Positions 37,259-46,133 of a stretch of DNA of 52,732 nt are shown here, piece after piece. The position numbers and the translations under genes were made by a program. How positions within the stretch are numbered: the first letter of the stretch is position 1; each line of letters begins with the position of its first letter. The stretch comes from a virus (Duplodnaviria; Caudoviricetes): positions 1 through 52,732 of the IMG/VR virus record IMGVR_UViG_3300042294_004185, one strand, 5' to 3'. Below the pieces are notes generated by a model. The model had not been told where the DNA came from and searched no databases. It worked only from the letters and a program-made list of their open reading frames with translations.

Positions 37259-37410
37259 ACTAATTCTTCGATAATTCCTATAAGTTCACTAAATATAAGT
37301 ACTGTAGTTGCAGCTACCAAGCTAAATGGAATAAGTCCATAACCGGCAATTCGTACTCCTGATTTGATAAAACTAATAGTTTGATGTTTTTTAGGATCTG
37401 GTTGTTTCAT
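37255..37410 (-). CDS. Small membrane protein (51 aa, not in ORF track)
   Basis: MKQPDPKKHQTISFIKSGVRIAGYGLIPFSLVAATTVLIFSELIGIIEELV; ATGA overlaps at both ends. Confidence 0.65.
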   Translation of the reverse strand: MKQPDPKKHQTISFIKSGVRIAGYGLIPFSLVAATTVLIFSELIGIIEELV

Positions 37411-37625
37411 TTTAATAATTCTTCTTCGTTAATTAATTCGGCTCCATAAGTAAATTCTAAAAGCCGTGTTGTATTTTCTTTATGTAATGGTTTTGCTTCA
37501 AACCAATTACCGGACCATTGAGCAGAACCTCCTTTTAATCCGGTAAATACCTCCCCTGCTCTATTAATTACTACATACATAGGAACAGAGGGAGGTGATT
37601 TTCTATACTGTTTTCGTGTGTTCAT
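37407..37625 (-). CDS. Hypothetical protein
   Basis: 72 aa ORF inside the que cluster. Confidence 0.55.
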   Translation of the reverse strand: MNTRKQYRKSPPSVPMYVVINRAGEVFTGLKGGSAQWSGNWFEAKPLHKENTTRLLEFTYGAELINEEELLK

Positions 37626-38502
37626 CTAGAACGGAAGATACGTACTCTTTTACAAATTCCCAAGTTACTGGTCCGAATTCGTCAGCATAACTTACAGGAT
37701 CTTTACGACCTAGTTTTATAAATGCTTCTACTCGTTCAACAGATGATGCTGATTTGTAATCACTAAACCAATCTTCTTCTTCAACAATACCACCATCTTC
37801 AGTATCATAATATACTGTTAATTTAATTGGTTTATAGGATGTATTAGTACGTCTATAAACTTCATCAAAATTAAGTCCAAGGGTATGACAACAAATCTCA
37901 CCATCAACTAAAATACCATACTTATCATCTTCAAGATATGGAGTATAATAAGTTACTTTTTCAGCACCCCAGTTACCTGCTTTAAATGCTTCATAATCAA
38001 TATCTCTAAATTCTTGTCTACAATCAGGATAAATTGCATGGTCACCAGCATGAATACCCATTGCAATAACACATTCTGTATTTTTAGATTCTGCAATTGA
38101 TAAGGCAACGGCTTGAATAATTGAACTAAAGATTTTGTTACGATTAGGAACAACAGTCGCTTTCATATTTTCTTCAGCATAGTGTCCTTCAGGAACTTCT
38201 GCTCCACCTGTTACAAGTGCTGAATTTAGTAGTTGACTCAATCCATCAAGTTTAATTACTTGATAATTAACTTTAGGAAAGTGATGTAAAATAACTTCTG
38301 ATGTTTCAGATTTGTATTTAACTTCATCTGCTTTACTATTTAAATAATCAACTAAAGACTGTGCACGTTCAAGTTCAACTGAATGTTTTTGTCCATAATC
38401 AAAGGATAATGCTGTAACTTCATAGCCATTGGCGAGTAGATGAAGCAGCAAGGTAGAGCTATCCATTCCTCCACTTAGTGATAATACTGCTTGTTTATTC
38501 AT
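37603..38502 (-). CDS. queC: 7-cyano-7-deazaguanine synthase
   Basis: SGGMDS, FDYGQKH, VPNRN, YPDCR; C-terminal Zn-binding cysteines absent. Confidence 0.92.
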   Translation of the reverse strand: MNKQAVLSLSGGMDSSTLLLHLLANGYEVTALSFDYGQKHSVELERAQSLVDYLNSKADEVKYKSETSEVILHHFPKVNYQVIKLDGLSQLLNSALVTGGAEVPEGHYAEENMKATVVPNRNKIFSSIIQAVALSIAESKNTECVIAMGIHAGDHAIYPDCRQEFRDIDYEAFKAGNWGAEKVTYYTPYLEDDKYGILVDGEICCHTLGLNFDEVYRRTNTSYKPIKLTVYYDTEDGGIVEEEDWFSDYKSASSVERVEAFIKLGRKDPVSYADEFGPVTWEFVKEYVSSVLDEHTKTV

Positions 38503-38627
38503 TTTGACATTCTTTTTAATACTTCTAATCTATTTTGAGTAATTTTCCATTTATTTTCACGAATAGCTTGTAATGCTTTTTCGATTTCTTTATCCCATAC
38601 AGGATTTATTTCAGGTTGTTTTTTCAT
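38499..38627 (-). CDS. Small hypothetical protein (42 aa, not in ORF track)
   Basis: MKKQPEINPVWDKEIEKALQAIRENKWKITQNRLEVLKRMSK; ATGA overlap with queC. Confidence 0.5.
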   Translation of the reverse strand: MKKQPEINPVWDKEIEKALQAIRENKWKITQNRLEVLKRMSK

Positions 38628-38629
38628 AA

Positions 38630-38839
38630 TTAAAATGGTAAATTATCTATTTGTTCAACTTTAAAATACTTATCTAACCAATCTTTAGGATAAAGCATTA
38701 CTTTACCTGTATATCTTGGGTTTGAAATTTCTCGAATTGTACGAGATATTTTTTCTTCAGCCGCTGCTTTATAAACATTAGCTCCTAATTCTTTACCTGC
38801 TGGTTTGCCAAGGTAATCAAAAAGTGATATCATTTCCAT
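38630..38839 (-). CDS. Hypothetical protein
   Basis: SLFDYLGKPAG...YTGKVMLYP. Confidence 0.6.
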   Translation of the reverse strand: MEMISLFDYLGKPAGKELGANVYKAAAEEKISRTIREISNPRYTGKVMLYPKDWLDKYFKVEQIDNLPF

Positions 38840-38844
38840 ATATT

Positions 38845-39621
38845 TTATTTTAATAACTTTCTAAACATTCTTAAATTCCAATCCAACAAATTATAATCTA
38901 ATTCTGTGGTATAGAAATTATCATTCATATTTGATTTTGGTTTATCAAGTAAACCATTTCGACCATATTGAATACCATCTAAAGTTGCCATAATAGGATT
39001 TGATGTATCAATAGTTTCAATAAATCCAGCATCTTTATACCAACTAAATTCTTGTGGTACCTGACAACCTAATAAATGTACTCTATCATTTGGTTGAATT
39101 AAACCCATACTATACATTCTACCTATTACTTCAATTCTACCTAATGCTTTTGCTAAATTTTTATTAGGATGATTAGAATGATCTAAATAATATTCAGCAC
39201 CATAAGAGAATGCAATTTTCTTATAACCTAAATCTCTATACGTTTGATAACAAAGCATAGCATCTAAGAAATTCTGTGCTTGAACTACTGCTACCTTAGT
39301 AACTTCTTTAGGTAATTCAATTTGGGCCCAAAATCTAGCATTAACAATAGATTGAGTTGTATCTTGCCAAACATCAGGTACAATAAATTCATTTGGTTTT
39401 AACTCGTTAATCCAGTGTATTAAACGAGATTTATCATATGCTACTCCTAATTCATGTAATGAATTATCCATTATCATATACACACCTTGTTTTTTAACTT
39501 TATAAAAAAAGTCTTTGTAATCTTCGTCTTGATCTAACAAATGAGGTAAACAATACTGATAGTCATTAAAATCTAGACTATCTTCTAATAAACAAATAGG
39601 AACTTCATGACTAATTTTCAT
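38845..39621 (-). CDS. Divergent TGT-fold protein, putative DpdA-like deazaguanine transglycosylase
   Basis: Ordered TGT-like motifs MDNS, VPDV, VVQ, VHLLG, IDTS; heads the que operon. Confidence 0.7.
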   Translation of the reverse strand: MKISHEVPICLLEDSLDFNDYQYCLPHLLDQDEDYKDFFYKVKKQGVYMIMDNSLHELGVAYDKSRLIHWINELKPNEFIVPDVWQDTTQSIVNARFWAQIELPKEVTKVAVVQAQNFLDAMLCYQTYRDLGYKKIAFSYGAEYYLDHSNHPNKNLAKALGRIEVIGRMYSMGLIQPNDRVHLLGCQVPQEFSWYKDAGFIETIDTSNPIMATLDGIQYGRNGLLDKPKSNMNDNFYTTELDYNLLDWNLRMFRKLLK

Positions 39622-39627
39622 AACTGT

Positions 39628-39657
39628 AATATAATAATAATTTTTTATTTTACCAAA
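39628..39657 (-). promoter_or_regulatory. -33/-7 promoter for the dpdA-like/que operon
   Basis: TTTGG-N19-TATATT. Confidence 0.75.
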
Positions 39658-40170
39658 TTAAAATTTAGGGGGAGGTTGGATTTTAGGTAGATTTCTTGAG
39701 TTTTTATATGCCTCTAGAAATTCAGGTATAGTACCTTCAAACGATTCAAACATCTCTTTGATTTGATCTTCATTACCACCAAAACTATTTTTAACATCTT
39801 TGACAAATGTGGTCCAACGATTCAACTCATCACGTTCAGCATCATTCAACAAACGCTTTCTACGCTCCCAATACAATTTTGTAATTTGTCTTTCAGCCCA
39901 ACCAAAATTTTCCATAGCACCTGTATAAGTAGATTTGAATTTTTTAATTTCTTGTTCTTCAAACCAAAATTCCCATTCACGCTGTTTCCAATAAGGTGAA
40001 ACATCATAATCACCATTTTTTGCCTTATCCCAAATAGAAGCCATTTTAGACAACGATTTGTGCTCTTGATAACGCCTCCACCAAAAAAACTTATTATACG
40101 TTTTATTTGGTTTTGGAGGAGTTGGATCGTAAGTGGCTTTCCACTCTAAAAAATCTTGAATTACACTCAT
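39658..40170 (-). CDS. Hypothetical protein
   Basis: 170 aa, aromatic-rich. Confidence 0.6.
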   Translation of the reverse strand: MSVIQDFLEWKATYDPTPPKPNKTYNKFFWWRRYQEHKSLSKMASIWDKAKNGDYDVSPYWKQREWEFWFEEQEIKKFKSTYTGAMENFGWAERQITKLYWERRKRLLNDAERDELNRWTTFVKDVKNSFGGNEDQIKEMFESFEGTIPEFLEAYKNSRNLPKIQPPPKF

Positions 40171-40397
40171 ATACCCATTTCCTTTTTTAAATCATATTCT
40201 TCTTTTTCAACCTCAGAATACACATTAAGGTTTAAATAAGTGTTATTCCAAGCATTATGAAACAAATTTTTAGCTTCTTCAGCATCCCATGCTTTACAAA
40301 ACTCATACTCCTCTTGAGTAAGGATTTCTTTATTAAACATCAATTCTTGGTACTTTCTGTACTCTTGCTCTACTTCGTAAATTTTTTGATTCATCAT
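40167..40397 (-). CDS. Hypothetical protein
   Basis: 76 aa following the AGAAATAAAGGTTATG leader. Confidence 0.6.
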   Translation of the reverse strand: MMNQKIYEVEQEYRKYQELMFNKEILTQEEYEFCKAWDAEEAKNLFHNAWNNTYLNLNVYSEVEKEEYDLKKEMGI

Positions 40398-40422
40398 AAC
40401 CTTTATTTCTTATTACTCGGTG

Positions 40423-40452
40423 AATATACAAAAGGGATTTGACAAAGCCAAA
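40423..40452 (-). promoter_or_regulatory. -33/-7 promoter overlapping a terminator
   Basis: TTTGGCTTTGTCAAATCCCTTTTGTATATT. Confidence 0.75.
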
Positions 40453-40456
40453 TCCC
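40430..40456 (-). terminator. Intrinsic terminator after the EF-hand membrane protein
   Basis: GGGATTTGGC-TTT-GTCAAATCCC hairpin (one GU pair) followed by TTTT. Confidence 0.65.
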
Positions 40457-40479
40457 CTCGCAAAGTTTTTAAAAGTTTT

Positions 40480-41805
40480 TTAGAAGTAAGTTATAGTATT
40501 ATCGTCATCTTTTTTATTCTTTAAAGACCCTAATTCCATACTTAATTTTTTTATTTCTTCTATTTGTTTATTAATGTTACTTAATTCTTCTGGGTTGAAA
40601 TTGTAATATTGTTTTACATTATCTACAACGCCTTCAACTTGTTTATTTAGTTGATTTAATTTTGATGCTGTTTCTGGGTCTAGATTAGCTGCTTTTGCTT
40701 CTTCTTCATCTATATAACCATCATTATTAGTATCTGCTTCTTCAAATACTTGTTGTAATTCTTCTTCCTCTATTACACCATCTCCGTCTAAATCTAGATT
40801 TTTAGATTCTTGTTCTTGTTCTTCATAATATAGTTTACCTGTTTTAGGATCTACAAATACAGGAATAGGTTTTTCTTTTTCTTGTTCCTGTTGTTCCCAA
40901 TTTTGATAATCTACTAAACTAGCTTCTTCCCATTCTTTTATTTCATCTTCTAAATCATCGTATGCCTCTACTACTTTTCTCATATCCTCTACTTTTTCTT
41001 CTATTGGTGTTTCTCTACGTTTAGTAAGTTGGGCAAAAGCAAAGTTAGCGGCTATAACAAGAGCAATAGCTAATGGATCAAACACAAATATAATAACTAA
41101 TATGTACCAGTTAATAATTCGGTCCATAGCAACTCCAGTAAGAGTACTTAAATATTTTAATGGACCTAATTCACTTTCAGCTGTAGCTGTATTTTTAATT
41201 TCTAATATTTTGGTTTCTAAAGAAAAAATAGAATCATTTACTACATCTAATTTAGCAGATAGTTTTTCATCTGATTTAGAGGCATTTTCTATCTGTTTAA
41301 TAGTAGCATTATTTGATCTTACTACTAAATTACCTTTTTTATCAGTATATTGAGTAGTTGAACCCTTAGATAATGTACCTTTTAGTTCTGATAGTGATTG
41401 TTTTTCTTTAAGAATACCATCTCTATTACTTTCATAAAGTTTCTTTTTAGTTTCTAAAGATGCTATTTTAGAATCAACAATACTTGTTTGGTCCGCAGTT
41501 TTCTGATATGCTGAAGATAAGTAACCATAAATACCAGCAGAGGTAATTAATATTAATACTGCTGCTGCTATAGTTAAATAAGTTCTTAATATTTTATTTA
41601 GTTTATTCCAGTACTGATAAAGTAAAGAAGCAATTACTAATTTAGATATTTCTAGAGAAGCTGCCATAATGATTACAGCGGTACTAGCCCCAGCAAATAA
41701 CATGCTAAGGCCAGTAACACTATAAACTGCAGCAGATGCACTTACAGATAGTGCGGAAAGTGCGATTATTAAAGGAAATATCCTTTCTTTTATACTGTTC
41801 CACAT
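40480..41805 (-). CDS. Multi-pass membrane protein with coiled coil and C-terminal EF-hand-like loops
   Basis: Three N-terminal TM segments, coiled coil, a fourth TM (IIFVFDPLAIAL), DLDGDGVIEEEE and DTNNDGYIDEEE. Confidence 0.75.
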   Translation of the reverse strand: MWNSIKERIFPLIIALSALSVSASAAVYSVTGLSMLFAGASTAVIIMAASLEISKLVIASLLYQYWNKLNKILRTYLTIAAAVLILITSAGIYGYLSSAYQKTADQTSIVDSKIASLETKKKLYESNRDGILKEKQSLSELKGTLSKGSTTQYTDKKGNLVVRSNNATIKQIENASKSDEKLSAKLDVVNDSIFSLETKILEIKNTATAESELGPLKYLSTLTGVAMDRIINWYILVIIFVFDPLAIALVIAANFAFAQLTKRRETPIEEKVEDMRKVVEAYDDLEDEIKEWEEASLVDYQNWEQQEQEKEKPIPVFVDPKTGKLYYEEQEQESKNLDLDGDGVIEEEELQQVFEEADTNNDGYIDEEEAKAANLDPETASKLNQLNKQVEGVVDNVKQYYNFNPEELSNINKQIEEIKKLSMELGSLKNKKDDDNTITYF

Positions 41806-41817
41806 ATCTTATAAATA

Positions 41818-43674
41818 TTAAACTACCTCACAGGCTCCACCTGCACAAGCGGCTTGATCCATTAACGCTGTATTATCACTCATTTCAACAACTCGTGACA
41901 AATCTACCTCGTGTAATGATTTTACTGCTTCGTTAAATTGTTCTTCAGTAATGGTTTCAAAAGGTGCTTGTTTGTAAGTACCTAAATCCTCAGGTAAGAA
42001 TGACAATGCGGTAAAATATTCTTTATTTTCATAAAGCCATTCTCCAACTGCAGGCCATTCATCTTGTTTAATAGTAACAGTAGCTGATACGTTATGCATG
42101 TTAGCACCTTTTCTATGTCCTGGTTTAATCCAATTTTTGTTAATTGTTTTAATACGCTCTAACATATCCATAGCTGATTCTTTACGTGTAATAGCACCTT
42201 CTGGAGCACGTTGAGGAACAGAAACAATTGATTGAAGATTTGGTTTAAAGAAATCATCTTCCAACATTTCAGGATGGTAAATACTTAAGTAAGTATACAA
42301 AGCTTCATTTTTACCTAAACGGATTCTACGTAAATAGAAATCATCATGCCAAGCGTGAATACCTGAACTAGTACCTAATACTAAAGATGTAGTACCTGAT
42401 GGTTTAACTGTAGTAACACGAGCTGCTTTATTAATACCTAATACTTTAGCTAAACGTTCGTTTTCCTCACAAGCTACTTTAGCTGCTTCTTTCATATTTA
42501 ACTTAAACACAGCACCTGAAGCAATACCTGTCATTCCAATACCTAGCAATGCTTCTTTTTCAGTTGTTTTTCTCCAAACATCTCTTAAGTAATGGAAATC
42601 AGTATATGAAGCTTGTAATGTACCAATAAATGCTGCTGCTTTAGCTCTTGCATTATATTCTTCTTGAGTTTCAATATCGCTAGCGTTAATTTCACACAAG
42701 TTACAGAATTGATTAGCTTTTAAGTTAATTTCAGCACAAGGGTTTGTTCCAGCATCTTTATCATTTGTAAAGATAAATCCAGGTTCACCACTATTAGATG
42801 CCTCAATTTTACCCCACAAATTCATAAATGTTTCTTTATCAATCATATTACGAAGTAATACTGCTGAGTTATTAGCACGACCACGTTGTGGATTATTTTC
42901 CCACCAGTTACCAAACTTACAAGTCAACATATCTTCATCATGTAAATTGAATAAAGCAATTAACGCTGCTCTACGAATACCACCTGATAATACAGCATCA
43001 GCTAAGTGACAAATAATATCGTGACATTCCAATGTTGTTAATTTTTCACCATCATTTTTACGGTCTAAAATAGCTTGCATATGAATCAAAGCAATTTTCA
43101 ATGGTTCAGGACCTGGTGCTTTACCACCAACTGTAATCAACGAAGCACCTTTAGCTCTAATGTCTCTAAAGTCAAATAGAGGAGCAGTTGATGTTTGTCC
43201 AAAATATGCTTTAGTCAACATACGAACAGCATCAGCCCATCCTTCAATAGAATCACCTACTAAATAACGCTTTGATTTCAAAGGTTTTCTAATTTCAGGT
43301 AGTTTTTCTACGTGGTGGGTTTGTACTGAGTACCCTACTCCACAGCCTGAAAGTAATAAAAACATAATTTCAGAGAATGCTCTAAAATCATCAATTGGTA
43401 AGTAAGAACAGTTAAAAATACGAGCATTGTTTATTTCAATTGGTTTACCAGCAAATTGCATTGAACGCATTGAAGGTAATACCTTTTTGTCATAAACATA
43501 CTTGTAAGCGGCTTCAATTTCTTCAGCCAATTGTGGAAATTTCTTTAAATGCATTTCCTTGTTTCGAGTTACTAGCTCGTCCCATGTTTCTCTTCTGTTT
43601 TTTTCAGGTACGAATTTCGCATACTTGAGATGGGTAGTAATTTCAGACAAAATTTGTGATTCTGTGGTTAACAT
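41818..43674 (-). CDS. nrdJ: Class II (adenosylcobalamin-dependent) ribonucleotide reductase
   Basis: FNC, GCGVG, TNPCAEI, CNL, TVKPSGT, C-terminal CAGGAC; no adjacent small subunit. Confidence 0.9.
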   Translation of the reverse strand: MLTTESQILSEITTHLKYAKFVPEKNRRETWDELVTRNKEMHLKKFPQLAEEIEAAYKYVYDKKVLPSMRSMQFAGKPIEINNARIFNCSYLPIDDFRAFSEIMFLLLSGCGVGYSVQTHHVEKLPEIRKPLKSKRYLVGDSIEGWADAVRMLTKAYFGQTSTAPLFDFRDIRAKGASLITVGGKAPGPEPLKIALIHMQAILDRKNDGEKLTTLECHDIICHLADAVLSGGIRRAALIALFNLHDEDMLTCKFGNWWENNPQRGRANNSAVLLRNMIDKETFMNLWGKIEASNSGEPGFIFTNDKDAGTNPCAEINLKANQFCNLCEINASDIETQEEYNARAKAAAFIGTLQASYTDFHYLRDVWRKTTEKEALLGIGMTGIASGAVFKLNMKEAAKVACEENERLAKVLGINKAARVTTVKPSGTTSLVLGTSSGIHAWHDDFYLRRIRLGKNEALYTYLSIYHPEMLEDDFFKPNLQSIVSVPQRAPEGAITRKESAMDMLERIKTINKNWIKPGHRKGANMHNVSATVTIKQDEWPAVGEWLYENKEYFTALSFLPEDLGTYKQAPFETITEEQFNEAVKSLHEVDLSRVVEMSDNTALMDQAACAGGACEVV

Positions 43675-43689
43675 TTGTTTTTTAATAAA

Positions 43690-45051
43690 TTAATTAGTTA
43701 GTTCGAAAAATTTTTGTTTAATAAGGGCTTTATCTACAGAATCGATGCCTCCAAAAGTTGATGATTGAGGTGTTGTAGGTGTATCGTCATCGTCTTCCAT
43801 TTGGGATGATACCTCAAAGTGTCCTGTTGAAGTATCTACTTTGACAGAATAGGTCATACCGTCCATTCCGTATCGATTTTTCATAATGTGAAATCTTCCT
43901 GTCCCATTTACTTTATCTTGACGTTTCCTTGATAAGGATATAGCAACATCGGTAACCATCATTTTATCATAGCTACCTGCGGCTTTATCACCTTCAATAA
44001 TATCATCTTTTGCACCAGCTCGGTTTACTTGAGACACACTCCAAATAGGTAGTTTTAATTCTCTAGCAAGTCCTTTAGTACTAATATAAATATCATCTAT
44101 TTCGTCCTTACGCTCACCATTCTTTCTTTTAGAACGAAGAAGGTCAACATAATCGATAATAACTAGATCTGGTTTAAAATCTAAGTCAATACATTTTTTA
44201 ACATGCGATTCAATTGTAGAAATTGTTGCTTTTCCTGTAGGGAATTCTTTAATAATAAGTTGACCTTGTAACTGAGTAATAACTTCTTCAACCTTATCTT
44301 TATGTTTAATAATATTACCTACAGGAATATTGGTGAAGAAGGCATCATAACGTCTACCAACATAATCTGCTCCTAATTCAAGTGTATAGTGTAAAACATT
44401 ATAACCTAATTTAACAGCATAACCACCTAAAGCAACTAATGACCAAGATTTACCACCACCTGGGCTACCAAAAATCAATCCGAAGTCACCATCACCTAAT
44501 CCACCTTGTAACAATTCATTAAATGGTTCAAATGGTGTAGGAACTACTACTCTATGATCTTGTCTGTAACGAGATTCGGTATCTTTATTGTACTCGTGTC
44601 CAATATTTTTGTCTTGACCCGCTTTAAGTGCGTTATCAACAATTGTTCTAATTGAATCATAGTCTCCTGCGTTTAGGAAATCTACGCTTGTTAACAACGC
44701 TTTTTTAAGCTGTTGATTCTTACAAAAATTACTAAACTCTTCTTCTACATACTTAAGATCCTCGTCTGATGCTTTATAAGCTTCACGGAGTTGTTCTTTG
44801 ATAGATACTTGTAATACTTCATTGTCGATCTTTTTAAGTTCTACTTTGAGAACATCCATAGTAGGACAAGTGTGGTATTTTTGGTAATATTTTAGAATTT
44901 CTTTGATAATCCACTTGTGAGCTTGATTATCAAAATATTCTTCACTTAACACATCTTGAATATTCAAGAGAAATTCCTTGTGTGTTAGCAAAGAGGATAA
45001 AACTTTGATTTGAAAACCGACGCCATAGGCGTTTAGATTGTTTAATGTCAT
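43690..45051 (-). CDS. Replicative DnaB-like helicase (T4 gp41-like)
   Basis: GSPGGGKS Walker A, TLE, IIDYVD, SQVNR, KNRYG. Confidence 0.93.
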   Translation of the reverse strand: MTLNNLNAYGVGFQIKVLSSLLTHKEFLLNIQDVLSEEYFDNQAHKWIIKEILKYYQKYHTCPTMDVLKVELKKIDNEVLQVSIKEQLREAYKASDEDLKYVEEEFSNFCKNQQLKKALLTSVDFLNAGDYDSIRTIVDNALKAGQDKNIGHEYNKDTESRYRQDHRVVVPTPFEPFNELLQGGLGDGDFGLIFGSPGGGKSWSLVALGGYAVKLGYNVLHYTLELGADYVGRRYDAFFTNIPVGNIIKHKDKVEEVITQLQGQLIIKEFPTGKATISTIESHVKKCIDLDFKPDLVIIDYVDLLRSKRKNGERKDEIDDIYISTKGLARELKLPIWSVSQVNRAGAKDDIIEGDKAAGSYDKMMVTDVAISLSRKRQDKVNGTGRFHIMKNRYGMDGMTYSVKVDTSTGHFEVSSQMEDDDDTPTTPQSSTFGGIDSVDKALIKQKFFELTN

Positions 45052-45056
45052 ATAAC

Positions 45057-46094
45057 TTATTTTGTAAAACTATTTAATATTTTGTAAACATTGTTGATTG
45101 TAAATTCAGGATTTTTGATCATATGACCTAATCCATCTTCATGGTAAAATCGTAAAAAAGCTTCAGTATTCAAAGCTGGAGTTGATTCTTCTACAACATT
45201 TTCTAAATATTCTTTTTCTGTATCATCCATTAATGGATTACTTAGATCCATAATACGATAGTTGTTTTCTAATCTCTCCATATCAAATACTACTCTTGAA
45301 TATACGACATGTTCCTTATGTTTAGCAGCACTTATTTCAATAATATCTTGAAATGTAAGTGGACGTTCTGCTAATTCAGGGAATTTTTTAAGTAACCCTT
45401 TTTCACCTAATCCTTTAACACCTGCTACTTTATCTGATTGGTCACCCAATAATGTTTTATACAGAATAAAATTCTCAGTTAATACACCAAAATTTTCTTT
45501 AACTAATTTTTTGGTATAAAATTCTTTTTCTCCAGGACGATAAAGTATAACATTTTCGTTTACTAATTGAACAAAGTCTTTATCGTTAGATACTATGAAT
45601 ACTTGAGAATTATGTTTTTTAGGTAAAATATCACTTAAGTAAGCAATAATATCATCGGCCTCTACTTTATCTAAACTTAATGTTTTAACGGGTAGGCATT
45701 TTAAATAATGAATTAATCTTACTATTTGGTCAACTTTAGAATCATGTTCATCTTCTAATGAATCAAAAGTATCCCAGTTTGTGATACGAACTAAATTACG
45801 ACCTGATTTGTATTCAGGTAATAGATTTTTTCTGTTTACTGATGAACCCGTTCCATCAAATACTACATAAACAGATGTTGGTTGGATTTGATTAATTAAA
45901 GCATTAAGAGAACGAATAAAACCCCCTAAACCGCCAATGTGAACTCCTTGCTCATTTACAAGGTTCATCATTGCGAAGTTCCTAAAAAACAAATTTAGTC
46001 CATCAATCAATAGTACTCGCTCGTGTGGACTGGTAGAACTTTCTTCTTGCTTATCCATTTGGTTTAGGAGGTTTAATAGTTCGTTCTTGTTCAT
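45057..46094 (-). CDS. 5'-3' exonuclease / T4 RNase H-like flap endonuclease
   Basis: LIDG, VFDG, YK..R, EADD, SNDKD, GDQSD..GVKGLG. Confidence 0.93.
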   Translation of the reverse strand: MNKNELLNLLNQMDKQEESSTSPHERVLLIDGLNLFFRNFAMMNLVNEQGVHIGGLGGFIRSLNALINQIQPTSVYVVFDGTGSSVNRKNLLPEYKSGRNLVRITNWDTFDSLEDEHDSKVDQIVRLIHYLKCLPVKTLSLDKVEADDIIAYLSDILPKKHNSQVFIVSNDKDFVQLVNENVILYRPGEKEFYTKKLVKENFGVLTENFILYKTLLGDQSDKVAGVKGLGEKGLLKKFPELAERPLTFQDIIEISAAKHKEHVVYSRVVFDMERLENNYRIMDLSNPLMDDTEKEYLENVVEESTPALNTEAFLRFYHEDGLGHMIKNPEFTINNVYKILNSFTK

Positions 46095-46103
46095 ATGTGC
46101 TGG

Positions 46104-46133
46104 AATGTAATAAATTTCTTTGACGTCTCCTAA
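46104..46133 (-). promoter_or_regulatory. -33/-7 promoter variant (TTAGG-N19-TACATT)
   Basis: Same spacing; lies in the 39-bp gap upstream of the exonuclease. Confidence 0.6.

Noticed and set aside
30526-39621. que genes as tRNA queuosine or folate auxiliary metabolism
   Set aside because: No queF, queA, queG or folate genes here, and the TGT-fold protein lacks the tRNA-TGT zinc motif; DNA modification is more parsimonious though unproven.
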